DNA from: Candidatus Poseidoniaceae archaeon
Lineage (GTDB): Archaea; Thermoplasmatota; Poseidoniia; Poseidoniales; Poseidoniaceae
Assembly: GCA_049606035.1 (NCBI GenBank)
Contig: JBMYVD010000004.1
Span: 2,313-66,312, forward strand
Reading direction: 5' to 3'
DNA: 64,000 nucleotides
The notes under the pieces are model-generated. The model did not search any database. It saw only the letters and a program-made list of their open reading frames with translations, and was not told the origin of the DNA. Made by a program: the position numbers and the translations under genes. Positions 37,601-46,882 of the stretch are shown piece by piece. Each line of letters opens with the position of its first letter. The first letter of the stretch is position 1.

Positions 37601-40055
37601 GCATTTTCACCGATACTATTCCCTCGCTGTCCATTGTTGAGGTACAATTTCCAACGTCGAACTCGACGATACCTCCGCCATCACTCTCAACAGAGCATGA
37701 ATCACCACGCATCCATCTAAATGCTGGGTTATCACCGTATGAATTATTCAAACCAATTGTAGCCTCAGTGACTCGGTCAACCAAGTCTCCGTGCGCTAAT
37801 CTGACGACTAAATTTCTGTATACACCATCAGGGGCGATCAAGCCACCCTCTAGGCTTGCATCCATCACTCTAGTGTTGAGTCTGTATTTGATGTCAAGAT
37901 CTGTAAGTTTGACTCTTCCTGGCGTATTTGCTTTGACTGCGATGGGTATTTCGACTGTTCCAACACCATTCTCCGGAATGTGGTCGTTAAATGCATCTAC
38001 GAGGCTTGGAGTTTCTGAAACAACTGTTCCAACCGGTGAATCATCAGATGCAACAACCGAACTTTCGTTCAAGAACAGTATTGATTTCCAGTCCCAGTCA
38101 CCATCGTCTCCAACATCTAACTGCGGAGCGTCAGGATACCCCTCTTCATACCATAGGATGAAGGAATCTACAGAAGGAGTGACTGTATTGTCAGTAGTGG
38201 CCAAGATGACGGAATAGAGGAGTTCATTTCCAGCACCAGCGGTGGAGAATGAAACTTCTTGATTGTTTGTTGCAGACTCCCACGTTGAACCGTTATCGTT
38301 GGAAACCATAACGCTAATGCTCGAACTTGATGGTTCGTCTGCAGTCCATACAGCTCTAACTTTTCCGACATTAGTTCCTGTTGACACCTTTTGGCTTGTC
38401 CAGTCTCCAGAAGTTTGGTATGAAGTAGCGTATTCAAGAGAAACCCACCAAGATACGGCAGATGAACCAATTAGTTGCATTTTCCAAACTAACTGATTTC
38501 CTGGGTGTGTGAAATGAATGGTTTGGTTCTTCTCGACTGCCTCCCAGTGAGTACCGTTATCCGCACTCACCCAGTAGTCAACTCTGTCGCCTTGCGATGG
38601 CGCAGACCAGTGGTTCATGAAATTAACAGCAAGAACTTCATCTTCAGTCTCGATTGTCTCTCCAATCCAAGTAGTGGTACCAGGAGCAGGGGTTGTAGGG
38701 TAAGATATACCAATTCCAAATTCACGGTAATAGAGAGTTTTTGAACTCCATGTCGAATACCCAGTATCGACAGTGATGATTCTTTCACCGTTGTAGAAGA
38801 GACCAAGACCTTTGGCAGAAATATCTTGAGTGCCGGTTTGTGGCACTAGTGAAGTAGAGCTGCCTGAAATCGCCCAAGCGCTCAGTTGGTCTGTGTCTTG
38901 GTAATAGCTACCTTTCATGCATCGCATGTAGAAGAAGCCAGCATGAACCACAAGACCGTGAACGTTACTGGAGGTTTTGCCACACTCGGTGCTAGAGGAT
39001 GAGCTTGAAGTGAATGAATACTGTTCTTCCCCTCGTGTGAATTGGCCATTATCTCCAAAGTCGTATGACACTATTCTCCTTTGTTGTCCATGAACAACCC
39101 AGATTTTGTCACTATCTCTGTCGTATGAGATTGCACTGTATTCGCCATATTGCGGTGAAATGTCGTAAGAGTCAACACAGCGCCAAATCCAATCATCTGA
39201 GACATCTATTGCCAAAACTCTACTGTGTTGGGTTGGATTGGAATTACTATACATGTACTTGTATGTTGTAAAAATCCCATACAGCATTTCTTCATCATTG
39301 ATTGTCCAATCTTTGAAACCGTATGATTTGTAATAGGTCGAACTAGGATCCTGTGGTAAAGTGCAACCCGCTTCTTGTTGTAAATCTACGACGATATCCC
39401 TAGAAACGTTATTCGGGTACATCCTTGTTACAACCTTGTCGAATTGAGTGCCAGTAAATGTTGACATGAATAGCCAATCATGGTTTTCAAGAATGGCGCC
39501 TTGACCTTGAGCCATCAAGTTTGAACTGGTCATTTTAACTTGGTTGCTGAACCTCGATTCGGTAGAGTTAGAGGTGTGTGGTTGGCGTATTGCAAAACTA
39601 CCATTATCTAGCCAAGCGTCTGAACCGGGTAGGGTTTCCTCACTCATGCCATGGGGTGCGAACTCAAAATCACCTGCATCAAATCCAAGTGTTAGGTCTC
39701 CACTTCGGGCGTCACTTTGACTAGAAACACCTTCCATCCATTCTTCGTATGTATCGGTTGATACTTGGGACCAACCTGTTGATGACGCACCTGATAGGGT
39801 GACCTGCACATCTAGTACTTCAGCCCCCTTCGGCATTGAAACTACAGTTGTCTTGTCTGCGCCACCTTGGTACAGTGCAATATTTTCAACACTCCCGTCA
39901 GAAAATGTGTAAATGTGACGAGATGAACTATTTGCTTCTACTTCGGTAATGAACATCTCTGAAAAAGGACTCATTGGTGTAAGTACGAGAATGAACACAA
40001 TCATTGACAGCGCGGCACGAGATGAAAATTTCTGCGACATATAACAACGACCCAT
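34683..40055 (-). CDS. Giant (about 1,790 aa) surface protein with Asp-box motifs, a C-terminal TM and a cytoplasmic Pro-rich tail
   Basis: Signal or anchor segment SRAALSMIVFILVLTPMSPFSE, with the start at ATG 40055 or 40040. Asp-boxes SADNGTHW and SNDNGSTW. TM segment IMYLIALVSMSFAVWTMVQMRRIRR. The tail ends LPEGWTMEQWNHYGHQYLQNSK. Confidence 0.85.
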   Translation of the reverse strand: MGRCYMSQKFSSRAALSMIVFILVLTPMSPFSEMFITEVEANSSSRHIYTFSDGSVENIALYQGGADKTTVVSMPKGAEVLDVQVTLSGASSTGWSQVSTDTYEEWMEGVSSQSDARSGDLTLGFDAGDFEFAPHGMSEETLPGSDAWLDNGSFAIRQPHTSNSTESRFSNQVKMTSSNLMAQGQGAILENHDWLFMSTFTGTQFDKVVTRMYPNNVSRDIVVDLQQEAGCTLPQDPSSTYYKSYGFKDWTINDEEMLYGIFTTYKYMYSNSNPTQHSRVLAIDVSDDWIWRCVDSYDISPQYGEYSAISYDRDSDKIWVVHGQQRRIVSYDFGDNGQFTRGEEQYSFTSSSSSSTECGKTSSNVHGLVVHAGFFYMRCMKGSYYQDTDQLSAWAISGSSTSLVPQTGTQDISAKGLGLFYNGERIITVDTGYSTWSSKTLYYREFGIGISYPTTPAPGTTTWIGETIETEDEVLAVNFMNHWSAPSQGDRVDYWVSADNGTHWEAVEKNQTIHFTHPGNQLVWKMQLIGSSAVSWWVSLEYATSYQTSGDWTSQKVSTGTNVGKVRAVWTADEPSSSSISVMVSNDNGSTWESATNNQEVSFSTAGAGNELLYSVILATTDNTVTPSVDSFILWYEEGYPDAPQLDVGDDGDWDWKSILFLNESSVVASDDSPVGTVVSETPSLVDAFNDHIPENGVGTVEIPIAVKANTPGRVKLTDLDIKYRLNTRVMDASLEGGLIAPDGVYRNLVVRLAHGDLVDRVTEATIGLNNSYGDNPAFRWMRGDSCSVESDGGGIVEFDVGNCTSTMDSEGIVSVKMPLRVNWTWDDERKMEAIVSLNDDLGPQVSGWTTDTLALNIENDIQLDGMRVWEETGRGLFSGDWVRGGLNISITGGINFENSAFSPRAGEFTLRVIGQNVTYDGDPIGEPTVLHTEGNPGFGQYNMTFASPIESEPGGMVLYVEAIDLENGSTYVNPGYNTIKLIFDGNAPLVLFASPEISSEMHKGPPSPGGQAIEIIIQDSVAPPQTVDLHYWIGCEAGVNERCDDSNFNGLPEPIEYRSKTLTTPEILPGGLNVFNGLIDDSMLVHGDKVAFYVTGKDGQNNTIAMGGSPVCDIEPGGFCGDKPGEVKPDWDNSLSWYTIREEFEPIMDVDNSTITGHDDMAPLHPGIPYTATFMVSDINGWWDVEFVQLALAGDFDDDETSIFAYISQNSEGMPQMHLESGGTGLAVSNLYSSIILDPESQSRMIVSIKFQLTWNFPEVWDTNGNEHFIPKVWIEDKSCGIDTDLPCNIHKAGLGNDLWSLDNDLRFDTQPGHILAIELRDGTNHYNPEFDETLIGAGQALRFSGRVIFSEDETPAPAGSFTISLGDFENEWTTTSREGGYFSIDMLVPDVRSGHLDLRAKLTDLPGLAEDESEFKPRLRLAVDSERPTIHAVTLGGIEPNQEIPISLANNLQVMLETRDDQGFSLEDPAVLHYLVRAGEAEISRGSSPLPDTTPFEDQFFWTGYLDLTDGGATMLLPSYTIDIWVTGSDESGNPYDSEGNTVSDPLASWPLALTGPEVSLRAADTTWEWSNPTPNPDEAVSLTIEARNTGASGTVTFVLQRLVSGDDWATISSSSIEISSGKKAQVKLDATADGAVGETLEHRILLLDSGVEKERISISPLLVKEEIERDGTALANQVADSQLSVIMYLIALVSMSFAVWTMVQMRRIRRGEEVDESDQTAEVIENMDTKLVPEIQQAAPVSPVQNAPLPAQGAGAAPPPLPPTGLPEGWTMEQWNHYGHQYLQNSK

Positions 40056-40104
40056 GTGTCGGTGTTATCCATAGGACTTGAATTAACCGGCGAAAGGTCA
40101 CAAT

Positions 40105-40134
40105 CAGAAATCCCCCCTTAAGGGGGGAATTCTG
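40105..40134 (-). terminator. Long GC-core hairpin 3 nt downstream of the TSP3 giant gene's stop
   Basis: CAGAAATCCCCCC-TTAA-GGGGGGAATTCTG: a 13-position stem with one mismatch, 3 nt downstream of the TAA stop (40138-40140, minus strand). Confidence 0.5.
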
Positions 40135-40137
40135 TAA

Positions 40138-43100
40138 TTATGATGTATTTCGACTATCGTACCTTATTGGTGAAGAATCACCACGCATTCCATCTTCTTC
40201 GTCGTCCTTTACTTCGAACCAATCTACTAACCAATCGCCATCGGTGTCCCAATTGAGTGGATCACTGCCCTCTGCGATATGGTCATCGTCAAGATCTAGC
40301 AAATACCAACCGAACTCATGCTCTCCAAGGTCAACCGCAGGCGCACGGTTTGTGCTTCCAGTGTAATACAAATCCCAGTTATCGGTGACATCTCCTGAAC
40401 ATAACAAAACATCATTTCCTGTATCCAAAACTAGGAAGTCTGTGTCCATGTCATCGATGATTAATGCATAACTCAAATCATCGATATTTTTCTTATTCAT
40501 ACCAAGATAATTCGTTTGATCTTCTGTGTTTTCACCCAATCCTAGTGTGAAAGCTCTGAAATGCCACCATTCGGTAATCGGTGACCCATTCCATGTTTCT
40601 CCGGACAGTCTTACAGAGTCGGGAGAGTCTAGATTTGGATTAGCAACCGCAAAGAATTCCATGAAATTGGTGTATGCAGTGTATTCACAAGACGCACCAG
40701 AACAGTCCCAATTACCATCTTGGTCCGGGTCCTCATTAGCATCTAGAGGGTCTCTTGGGTCAAATGTAGCCCAAGTCCAACCCAAATCAGGGCGGGATAG
40801 TGTTCCAGCATCCTGCGACAGAGGCCTGCAAGAAACTGTTGAAGAGTTACAAGCACCACCAGTACCTGGATCTATCCATTGAACTTCAATCTTCAATCTT
40901 GACGAGAAATTGTCGTTTGATTCGTTCCAGCCTTTTTCATATTCATACCAATCTGGCAACATATCGCCATCAGTATCGTTATCCATTGGATTCGTACCAT
41001 ACTTGAAGACCTCTCTACCATCTGATAAATTCCAATCACGGTCGTGGGAAACTACCTGGCCCGAACTGAGTAATGTGTTGAATGTGACCGCATCATTATC
41101 AGAATCGTTTGTGTCAGGCCTAGTACCGTTTAGGTACTCCATCAAATTGGTAAACGGTAGGTCTCCTATTCCATTTTGTATTACTTCCCCGGATGGTGTG
41201 AATTCTCTATTTTCCCAGTTACCTTGAGGAGCCGGGGTATCGAATGAAGTACGTCCATACCAGCCATCACTGTCGGGGTCGTAGTCTACGTCAAATGGAT
41301 TAACTGGATTTGTTGCCCAATGATTTTGTGTTGTGGGGTCTGGCAAACCGTAAACAGCGTAGCAGAACTCCCAACCGTCATTGATACCATCCTGGTCTGA
41401 GTCTGAATTAGTTGGGTCTGTTATACCAAACAAGGTTCTGTTGAAGGTGTTAGAATCTGCAGAATTGATCATCATCATTCTTGCAGCAGAAATTGAGTCT
41501 TTACCACTAAACGTATTGAAGATCGCTCGTCTTGCTTCCGCCTCTGTATAACCCTCCTCAACATATGCATCGATAGTATCGTCCCCAAATCCAATCAATC
41601 CGGAGCCGGTTGTGAGACGCTGCGAAAACTTACCGTAAACTCGAGATTCATATTCACGCTTGTTAGTAAACTGTTCCTCAAGCGAAATATTACCATCTCT
41701 ATCGCAATCAACCGAGTCCATATCGCTGTCCAACCATTGGTCTGAATCAATCAATGGGTTCATCGACCAGCGATTGTTTTCCAAGTCCCAACTTGTGAAC
41801 CAATATTCGTAACCATCAATCATTCCATCGTCGTCTGTGTCAGCGATTGTAGGGTCAGTTATTCCCATCAAAGTTGAGATGAAATTATTGGCAACACCGG
41901 TCGATTGCCACTCGGTGAACTGGTCTAAATGCCTCTTTCCTCTTTGTCCTTTGTCGAGAATAATTGTATATACTCTCTGTGCCTTTTGTGTCGGGTCATT
42001 CAAGTCGCCATCAATATGCAATAATGGCGCATCGATTGGGTGGTTTTCTCCATTTTCAGGATTGGTTGTAACAAGAGAAAACTCTTGAGCATCTGTGAGA
42101 GCGTCATCATCTGCGTCGAATGAACCATCTCCTGGAACTAGAGGATTTAGAGTCCAAGTCTGAGCTGTATCATTCCATGCTGTGAACATTAGTTCCAAGC
42201 CATCAAGGAACCCATCACCATCGGTGTCAGGATTCGTTGGATCTGTAGTCCAGCCAGAGATATTGATTATGTCCTGTCCAACAAATGAGCCAAATGATTC
42301 AGTATTTGTTATTCCTGCCCATTGTTGAATTGTATATCCGGCTCCGATTGTCGTTACATACCACTGAGGACTCGTTCGATTAGCATTGGTTTCGGAAAGT
42401 TCTGGAGAGATGCTGTTGTACTCTTCCCAATTACTCATCCCGTCATCATCTGAATCATCCCAGCGGTCTTCTGAGTTAAGTGGGTCTAGGCTCCATTTAG
42501 AGTCCAGTAATTCCCATCTAGCGTACCAAATTTCCCAACCATCTGGCATTCCATCAGAATCACTGTCTGCATCTGTAGGGTCGCCTGTAAGAATACCATC
42601 TCCAAAGTTTTCCTCCGGTGAACCCCAATCTGAGATATTCCTGAACAAATCTGTGGAGAAATTGTTTGGTAGTTCTTCGCCGTCTAATGTCATGTTTCCA
42701 TCAAACAAATCATCACGAATATTGTATTCCAACCAATTAACGAATGCCTCGTTTTCTTCTATAACGCCATTGTGATTGATGTCATAACCATCCCCGTCAG
42801 GGTTTTCAAATGCATCACTTCCATTTAGTGGGTTTATTCCAACCCTTGAAACATCCCAGGTACAAGCACCTCTGGCCTCCCAACCATCTGGCAAGCCATC
42901 GCCGTCAGAGTCTCTATTGTTGGGGTCGGGCTCTACCCAGAGGCCGACTGAAGCTTCTGTTTCAAAGTGACTTTCAAGTAAGTCTCCAATAAGTCCGGCA
43001 TCCTTAACTAGCGACCACTGGTATTCACAAAGATTCGTCAATCCATCACCGTCTGCGTCCCACTCCGCATCGTTGGGGTCGCTTGGATCCATCGTCCAAT

Positions 43101-45822
43101 TATTTGAGCCTGTGAATGACGAGCCAATCCATCTCCTGTGTTCTAATTCCCAGCCATCCGGCATTCCATCACCATCTGAATCAGGATTGGTTGCGTCGGT
43201 ACCAGAATCGATTCCTAAAGATTGCAGATATGTATTATTTGCAGCTAGTCCTGCAGCATCATCACACACGTGCTCGAAATCATACTGGTTAGTGTAGTGG
43301 CAATTTAGAGGAGTTACTTCATGGAATATACCGAAGTATTCCGCTCCGTCACCAACTCCGTCACCATCTGTATCAACAACTCGAGGGTCAGTTGCATTGT
43401 ATCCATTTGCTGTTGTGGCTGTATATCTGAACTCATCCAAATTCCTCCACAATCTTTCATTGATTGGGTCGCTATCGAGATTGACACCATCTGCATCAGC
43501 GTCCAGAAGTGCATCCCATGGGTCAGTTGGGTCTAGACCATACCTGACTTCCCAACCATCCAGCATTCCATCTGCATCTGAGTCATTTGCCATTGGGTCC
43601 ATCAGTTCTAGATTAGAGAACTTCCCTGGTCCAATACCAACAAAAATCTTGTCAACCCCTTCAACTTGATGTACTATTGCTGCTGAAATATATCCAGGAA
43701 TCCACTCTTGGTTTGTCATTCCATAAACAGCAGCATATCCGCCATTTATGGACCACATACCCCAGCCTGAGCCAACTATGAGTTCGTTTCCAGTAGAATA
43801 AATCGAGGAAATATCGTTCGCAAAGTCAACTGTTTCTCCATCTACACCTTGGTGTTCTAAATCGCCACCAAAAGTGATTAGTCCAGAAAGAAGGTCATAT
43901 CGATGTAGTCCCGAAGGAGTCCCAATCCATACGACTTGCTCTTGGCCACCGTCTGGCCCATCACCGAGTAGAGCATTTACGTATGCTGGGTTTTTGTCAA
44001 CTTCGGCACCTATAGTTCTGAGCTCATCAATATCTGTAGCGATTAGAGTAGGTTCAGGGGAGAAGTAAAATCTCCAATTAGGTGTGGCTGCATCTCTAGC
44101 TGTGGTTGTCTCAACAGTCATCAACCCTACATCTGTTCCAACGAACAGAGTCAGAGAACCACCTGTCGCATCTACATGTACAATAGAGGTCGCTGTAGCA
44201 TTCCCGGTATTCAATGCATTAGTGATACCGGTTCCAACATCCAGTTGGGACACAGAAATCTCGTTAATTTGGAAAACAGACCCGAATCCAGAATACCCTA
44301 GCGCCAGTACGTAATCATCCCCACCGTCTGCAATCAACTCCGCACCAGCTGTGTACCTTCCGGGATAGAATTCCCATTGGCTGATTGGCTCGATTTCATC
44401 ATTGTATTCTGCAATCCAAACTCCGGCTTCTGTTACCATAACTACGTGATTCTCTAAGACAATCATGTCGTGTAGATCATGCCCTTGGGGCAATTCATAA
44501 TCGGTTGAAACATCGTTTCCGAAGTCGATAATTGAGATTCCTAACTTAGTACCAACCCACAACCTTTCACCATCATCATGGAATCCTCTTATGTCGTGGT
44601 GCATTACAGAGACTTCGTCTTCATCCGCTTCTTGGGATAGGATGTATTCTGTGTAAGTTCCCTCTGTCGCACTAAGATCTGCCGATCTCATTCCCGATTT
44701 CACCATGTTTCCATCGTCTAAATGAACGAAGTATTCCTCAAGCGTGGACAATTGTTCACCGAGGGCTAATGCTTCTTTCGAGCGTTGTAAATCAAGACTG
44801 ATAATTCCATCTCTGTTGGCATCCCAACCATCGTTATCTAAGTCAACTAATGCGTTAGAGCGGTTTAGAGGGTCAAGGCCAAAGTGAATTTCCCAGCCAT
44901 CCGTAATACCATCTCCGCTAGAGGGGAATAAACGACGGTGCTTTACACCGTCATAGTTGAATCTGTCACTATCATCTTCAATTGGGTTGGTACCCAGCCA
45001 AACATACTCATCGATAACGCCATCAGTTCCGTTTCTAGCACAAGCGTCAAGAATGTTAGTTAGTCTGGTAGAGTTGATGTTTTCTGAAATAAATGGCCAT
45101 TCACTCAATGGCGATGACTCTGGATTTGGGGCATGACATCTAAGACCATCCAGTTCATTTGTCCAATTTGTAGGTGCACCATAGAGGTATTCTTCAGGAG
45201 AGGTGAGTAACTCATTCACACTCATAAACCCATCGCGGTTCACGTCGAATCCATCATTATCAGGATCCAAATCAGCATCACTAGCGTTTAATGGGTCAAA
45301 CATTTCACAGACGTATCTCTTTTCTTCGGTATCAAATCCACCAAGTTTTTCGCACATGTGTACTTCATAGCCATCCGGCATTCCGTCTCCATCGGTATCT
45401 GCAACCCTAGGGTCGAGATACCAACGTTCACCAGACTCGTTAATCACTCCTGTAAGGCCTCTAGTAAATCCTGGGTCAACACATTCTGCTGGGTATGGCC
45501 AACAATACTCCTCTGTAGCATTTAGGCCATCGAGATCGATGTCAATGTAAGCATCTGAAGCATCGTCTTTATCCAACCCTTTCATCGCCACAGCTCTATT
45601 ATCTGGAGAAGAGAAATTTATCCACTCGCTGAATAAATTCTCATGCACATCTGGAATGTTGTCACCATCTGAATCAGTAGCAGGAGGCCTTTCACCTTCC
45701 GTCAAATTAGGATTGGTTGTACCCACGTTGGATATGGCGGGTAATTGGGAAACGAAGAACAAACCTAGCACTACGAGAACAGTCATGAGAAGCGTTGATT
45801 GGGAGCGTCGCATTGTCATCAC
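40138..45822 (-). CDS. Giant (1,894 aa) secreted protein with many thrombospondin type-3-like calcium-binding repeats and a beta-propeller insert
   Basis: Signal peptide MRRSQSTLLMTVLVVLGLFFVSQLPA. Nine D-x-D-x-D-G-x-x-D-x-x-E repeats are listed here (DTDGDGMPDGYE, DSDGDGMPDGWE, DSDGDGLPDGWE, DSDSDGMPDGWE, DTDGDGFLDGLE, DTDDDGMIDGYE, DSDQDGINDGWE, DTDGDMLPDWYE, DTDGDWLVDWFE), and related variants occur elsewhere in the protein. Reg_prop-like blades LWVGTKLGISIIDF, LFVGTDVGLMTVE and VWIGTPSGLHRYD. No C-terminal TM. Confidence 0.9.
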   Translation of the reverse strand: MMTMRRSQSTLLMTVLVVLGLFFVSQLPAISNVGTTNPNLTEGERPPATDSDGDNIPDVHENLFSEWINFSSPDNRAVAMKGLDKDDASDAYIDIDLDGLNATEEYCWPYPAECVDPGFTRGLTGVINESGERWYLDPRVADTDGDGMPDGYEVHMCEKLGGFDTEEKRYVCEMFDPLNASDADLDPDNDGFDVNRDGFMSVNELLTSPEEYLYGAPTNWTNELDGLRCHAPNPESSPLSEWPFISENINSTRLTNILDACARNGTDGVIDEYVWLGTNPIEDDSDRFNYDGVKHRRLFPSSGDGITDGWEIHFGLDPLNRSNALVDLDNDGWDANRDGIISLDLQRSKEALALGEQLSTLEEYFVHLDDGNMVKSGMRSADLSATEGTYTEYILSQEADEDEVSVMHHDIRGFHDDGERLWVGTKLGISIIDFGNDVSTDYELPQGHDLHDMIVLENHVVMVTEAGVWIAEYNDEIEPISQWEFYPGRYTAGAELIADGGDDYVLALGYSGFGSVFQINEISVSQLDVGTGITNALNTGNATATSIVHVDATGGSLTLFVGTDVGLMTVETTTARDAATPNWRFYFSPEPTLIATDIDELRTIGAEVDKNPAYVNALLGDGPDGGQEQVVWIGTPSGLHRYDLLSGLITFGGDLEHQGVDGETVDFANDISSIYSTGNELIVGSGWGMWSINGGYAAVYGMTNQEWIPGYISAAIVHQVEGVDKIFVGIGPGKFSNLELMDPMANDSDADGMLDGWEVRYGLDPTDPWDALLDADADGVNLDSDPINERLWRNLDEFRYTATTANGYNATDPRVVDTDGDGVGDGAEYFGIFHEVTPLNCHYTNQYDFEHVCDDAAGLAANNTYLQSLGIDSGTDATNPDSDGDGMPDGWELEHRRWIGSSFTGSNNWTMDPSDPNDAEWDADGDGLTNLCEYQWSLVKDAGLIGDLLESHFETEASVGLWVEPDPNNRDSDGDGLPDGWEARGACTWDVSRVGINPLNGSDAFENPDGDGYDINHNGVIEENEAFVNWLEYNIRDDLFDGNMTLDGEELPNNFSTDLFRNISDWGSPEENFGDGILTGDPTDADSDSDGMPDGWEIWYARWELLDSKWSLDPLNSEDRWDDSDDDGMSNWEEYNSISPELSETNANRTSPQWYVTTIGAGYTIQQWAGITNTESFGSFVGQDIINISGWTTDPTNPDTDGDGFLDGLELMFTAWNDTAQTWTLNPLVPGDGSFDADDDALTDAQEFSLVTTNPENGENHPIDAPLLHIDGDLNDPTQKAQRVYTIILDKGQRGKRHLDQFTEWQSTGVANNFISTLMGITDPTIADTDDDGMIDGYEYWFTSWDLENNRWSMNPLIDSDQWLDSDMDSVDCDRDGNISLEEQFTNKREYESRVYGKFSQRLTTGSGLIGFGDDTIDAYVEEGYTEAEARRAIFNTFSGKDSISAARMMMINSADSNTFNRTLFGITDPTNSDSDQDGINDGWEFCYAVYGLPDPTTQNHWATNPVNPFDVDYDPDSDGWYGRTSFDTPAPQGNWENREFTPSGEVIQNGIGDLPFTNLMEYLNGTRPDTNDSDNDAVTFNTLLSSGQVVSHDRDWNLSDGREVFKYGTNPMDNDTDGDMLPDWYEYEKGWNESNDNFSSRLKIEVQWIDPGTGGACNSSTVSCRPLSQDAGTLSRPDLGWTWATFDPRDPLDANEDPDQDGNWDCSGASCEYTAYTNFMEFFAVANPNLDSPDSVRLSGETWNGSPITEWWHFRAFTLGLGENTEDQTNYLGMNKKNIDDLSYALIIDDMDTDFLVLDTGNDVLLCSGDVTDNWDLYYTGSTNRAPAVDLGEHEFGWYLLDLDDDHIAEGSDPLNWDTDGDWLVDWFEVKDDEEDGMRGDSSPIRYDSRNTS

Positions 45823-45900
45823 CTACGGGCGCGGCAGCACCCATACAGGTTCTTACTACTGAATCAGCCTTAATAGAGTGATGGAGCATTGTTCAGACTC

Positions 45901-45919
45901 AGATTACCTTTGGTAATCT
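45901..45919. promoter_or_regulatory. Perfect inverted repeat AGATTACC-TTT-GGTAATCT in a divergent intergenic region
   Basis: 8-bp arms with a 3-nt spacer inside the 181-nt spacer between the TSP3 giant gene (-) and the MBL hydrolase gene (+). Confidence 0.3.
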
Positions 45920-46003
45920 AGAACAATCAATCAAATCACCATAAAATAAGAAATTCAAGGGGTGAGTTCAAGGGCCCAACGCGTTGCCGTCCATTAGTTC
46001 GAG

Positions 46004-46822
46004 ATGTCTCTAACATTCACGCACCTTGGAACTGGTAGTCGCGGCAATGCGACTCTAGTGGAGAGTGGTGATGCAAAAGTACTCATCGACCAAGGTTTCT
46101 CTGGCAAACAACTCGAGACTAGACTTGCGAGGATGGAAATCAAGCCAATAGAAATTGATGCGATAGTTCTCACTCACCATCATGGTGATCACGGAGGAGG
46201 CGCATCAATCGCACAAAGGAGATGGGACATACCAATATTTTGCAATGACAGAACCGCAACTGCACTGAATCTAGACTTGAAAGGAGTTCAGCTTTTTGAG
46301 AGCCTCGAAGCACTAAATTTCGCAGACGATTTAGCACTTTTACCAGTCCCAGTACCCCATAGTGGTGCAGACAATGTCGCATTCATTGCTAGCCACAGAG
46401 GCGAGAGAGGAGCCGTAATCACAGATTTAGGGTCATGGACTGATGAATTGGTAAATCATGTTGCTGGTTGCCAACACATCTCAATAGAAGCGAACTATGA
46501 CCACAACAGGTTATGGAACGGCCCTTATCCAAGACGACTAAAAGACCGCATTGCTGGAAGGGGAGGCCACCTTTCCAACGACCAAACAGGACAATTTCTC
46601 TCTCAGGTAGTTGACAAAAATACTCGTTCGCTCGTTCTAACTCACTTGTCAGAGAAGAATAACGCTCCCCACATTGCTGAATCCACAGTCCTATACCACA
46701 TCGACGAACTTTTCGAAGGCGATATTCAGATTTCACTACAAGATGGACCTGAATTCTCACACCACATCGGGCAAACTGAAAGTGAGAGAGTTGCTCGGCG
46801 AGGATTAACACTCCGGGGATAA
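46004..46822 (+). CDS. Metallo-beta-lactamase fold hydrolase
   Basis: HxHxDH motif in VLTHHHGDHGGG. Fold start LGTGSRGNATLVESGDAKVLIDQG. 272 aa. Confidence 0.85.
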   Translation: MSLTFTHLGTGSRGNATLVESGDAKVLIDQGFSGKQLETRLARMEIKPIEIDAIVLTHHHGDHGGGASIAQRRWDIPIFCNDRTATALNLDLKGVQLFESLEALNFADDLALLPVPVPHSGADNVAFIASHRGERGAVITDLGSWTDELVNHVAGCQHISIEANYDHNRLWNGPYPRRLKDRIAGRGGHLSNDQTGQFLSQVVDKNTRSLVLTHLSEKNNAPHIAESTVLYHIDELFEGDIQISLQDGPEFSHHIGQTESERVARRGLTLRG

Positions 46823-46843
46823 GCCCTGTAAGGGCTTGTTTTT
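46820..46843 (+). terminator. Hairpin plus T-run terminator after the MBL gene
   Basis: AAGCCCT-GTA-AGGGCTT overlaps the TAA stop and is followed by GTTTTTGG. Confidence 0.55.
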
Positions 46844-46882
46844 GGTGAAACCCTAAGAGGGTGGTTCACTCTCTCTCGCACA

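Noticed and set aside
37369-38217. 282-aa plus-strand ORF inside the 1,790-aa giant gene
   Set aside because: It is antisense to a much longer, motif-bearing ORF. The translation is low-complexity and Ser/Pro/Thr-rich, with no start context or motifs. This is a typical shadow ORF.
40138-45822. Periodic DNA repeats that could be mistaken for a tandem-repeat or CRISPR-like array
   Set aside because: The periodicity comes from in-frame TSP3 (DxDxDGxxDGxE) coding repeats of variable spacing inside one long ORF. There are no identical direct repeats with unique spacers.
45823-46003. Possible small RNA (tRNA or C/D-box sRNA) in the largest intergenic spacer
   Set aside because: No cloverleaf can be drawn. 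GUGAUGG resembles a C box, but no properly placed CUGA D box or terminal stem is present. I interpret the region as a divergent promoter.
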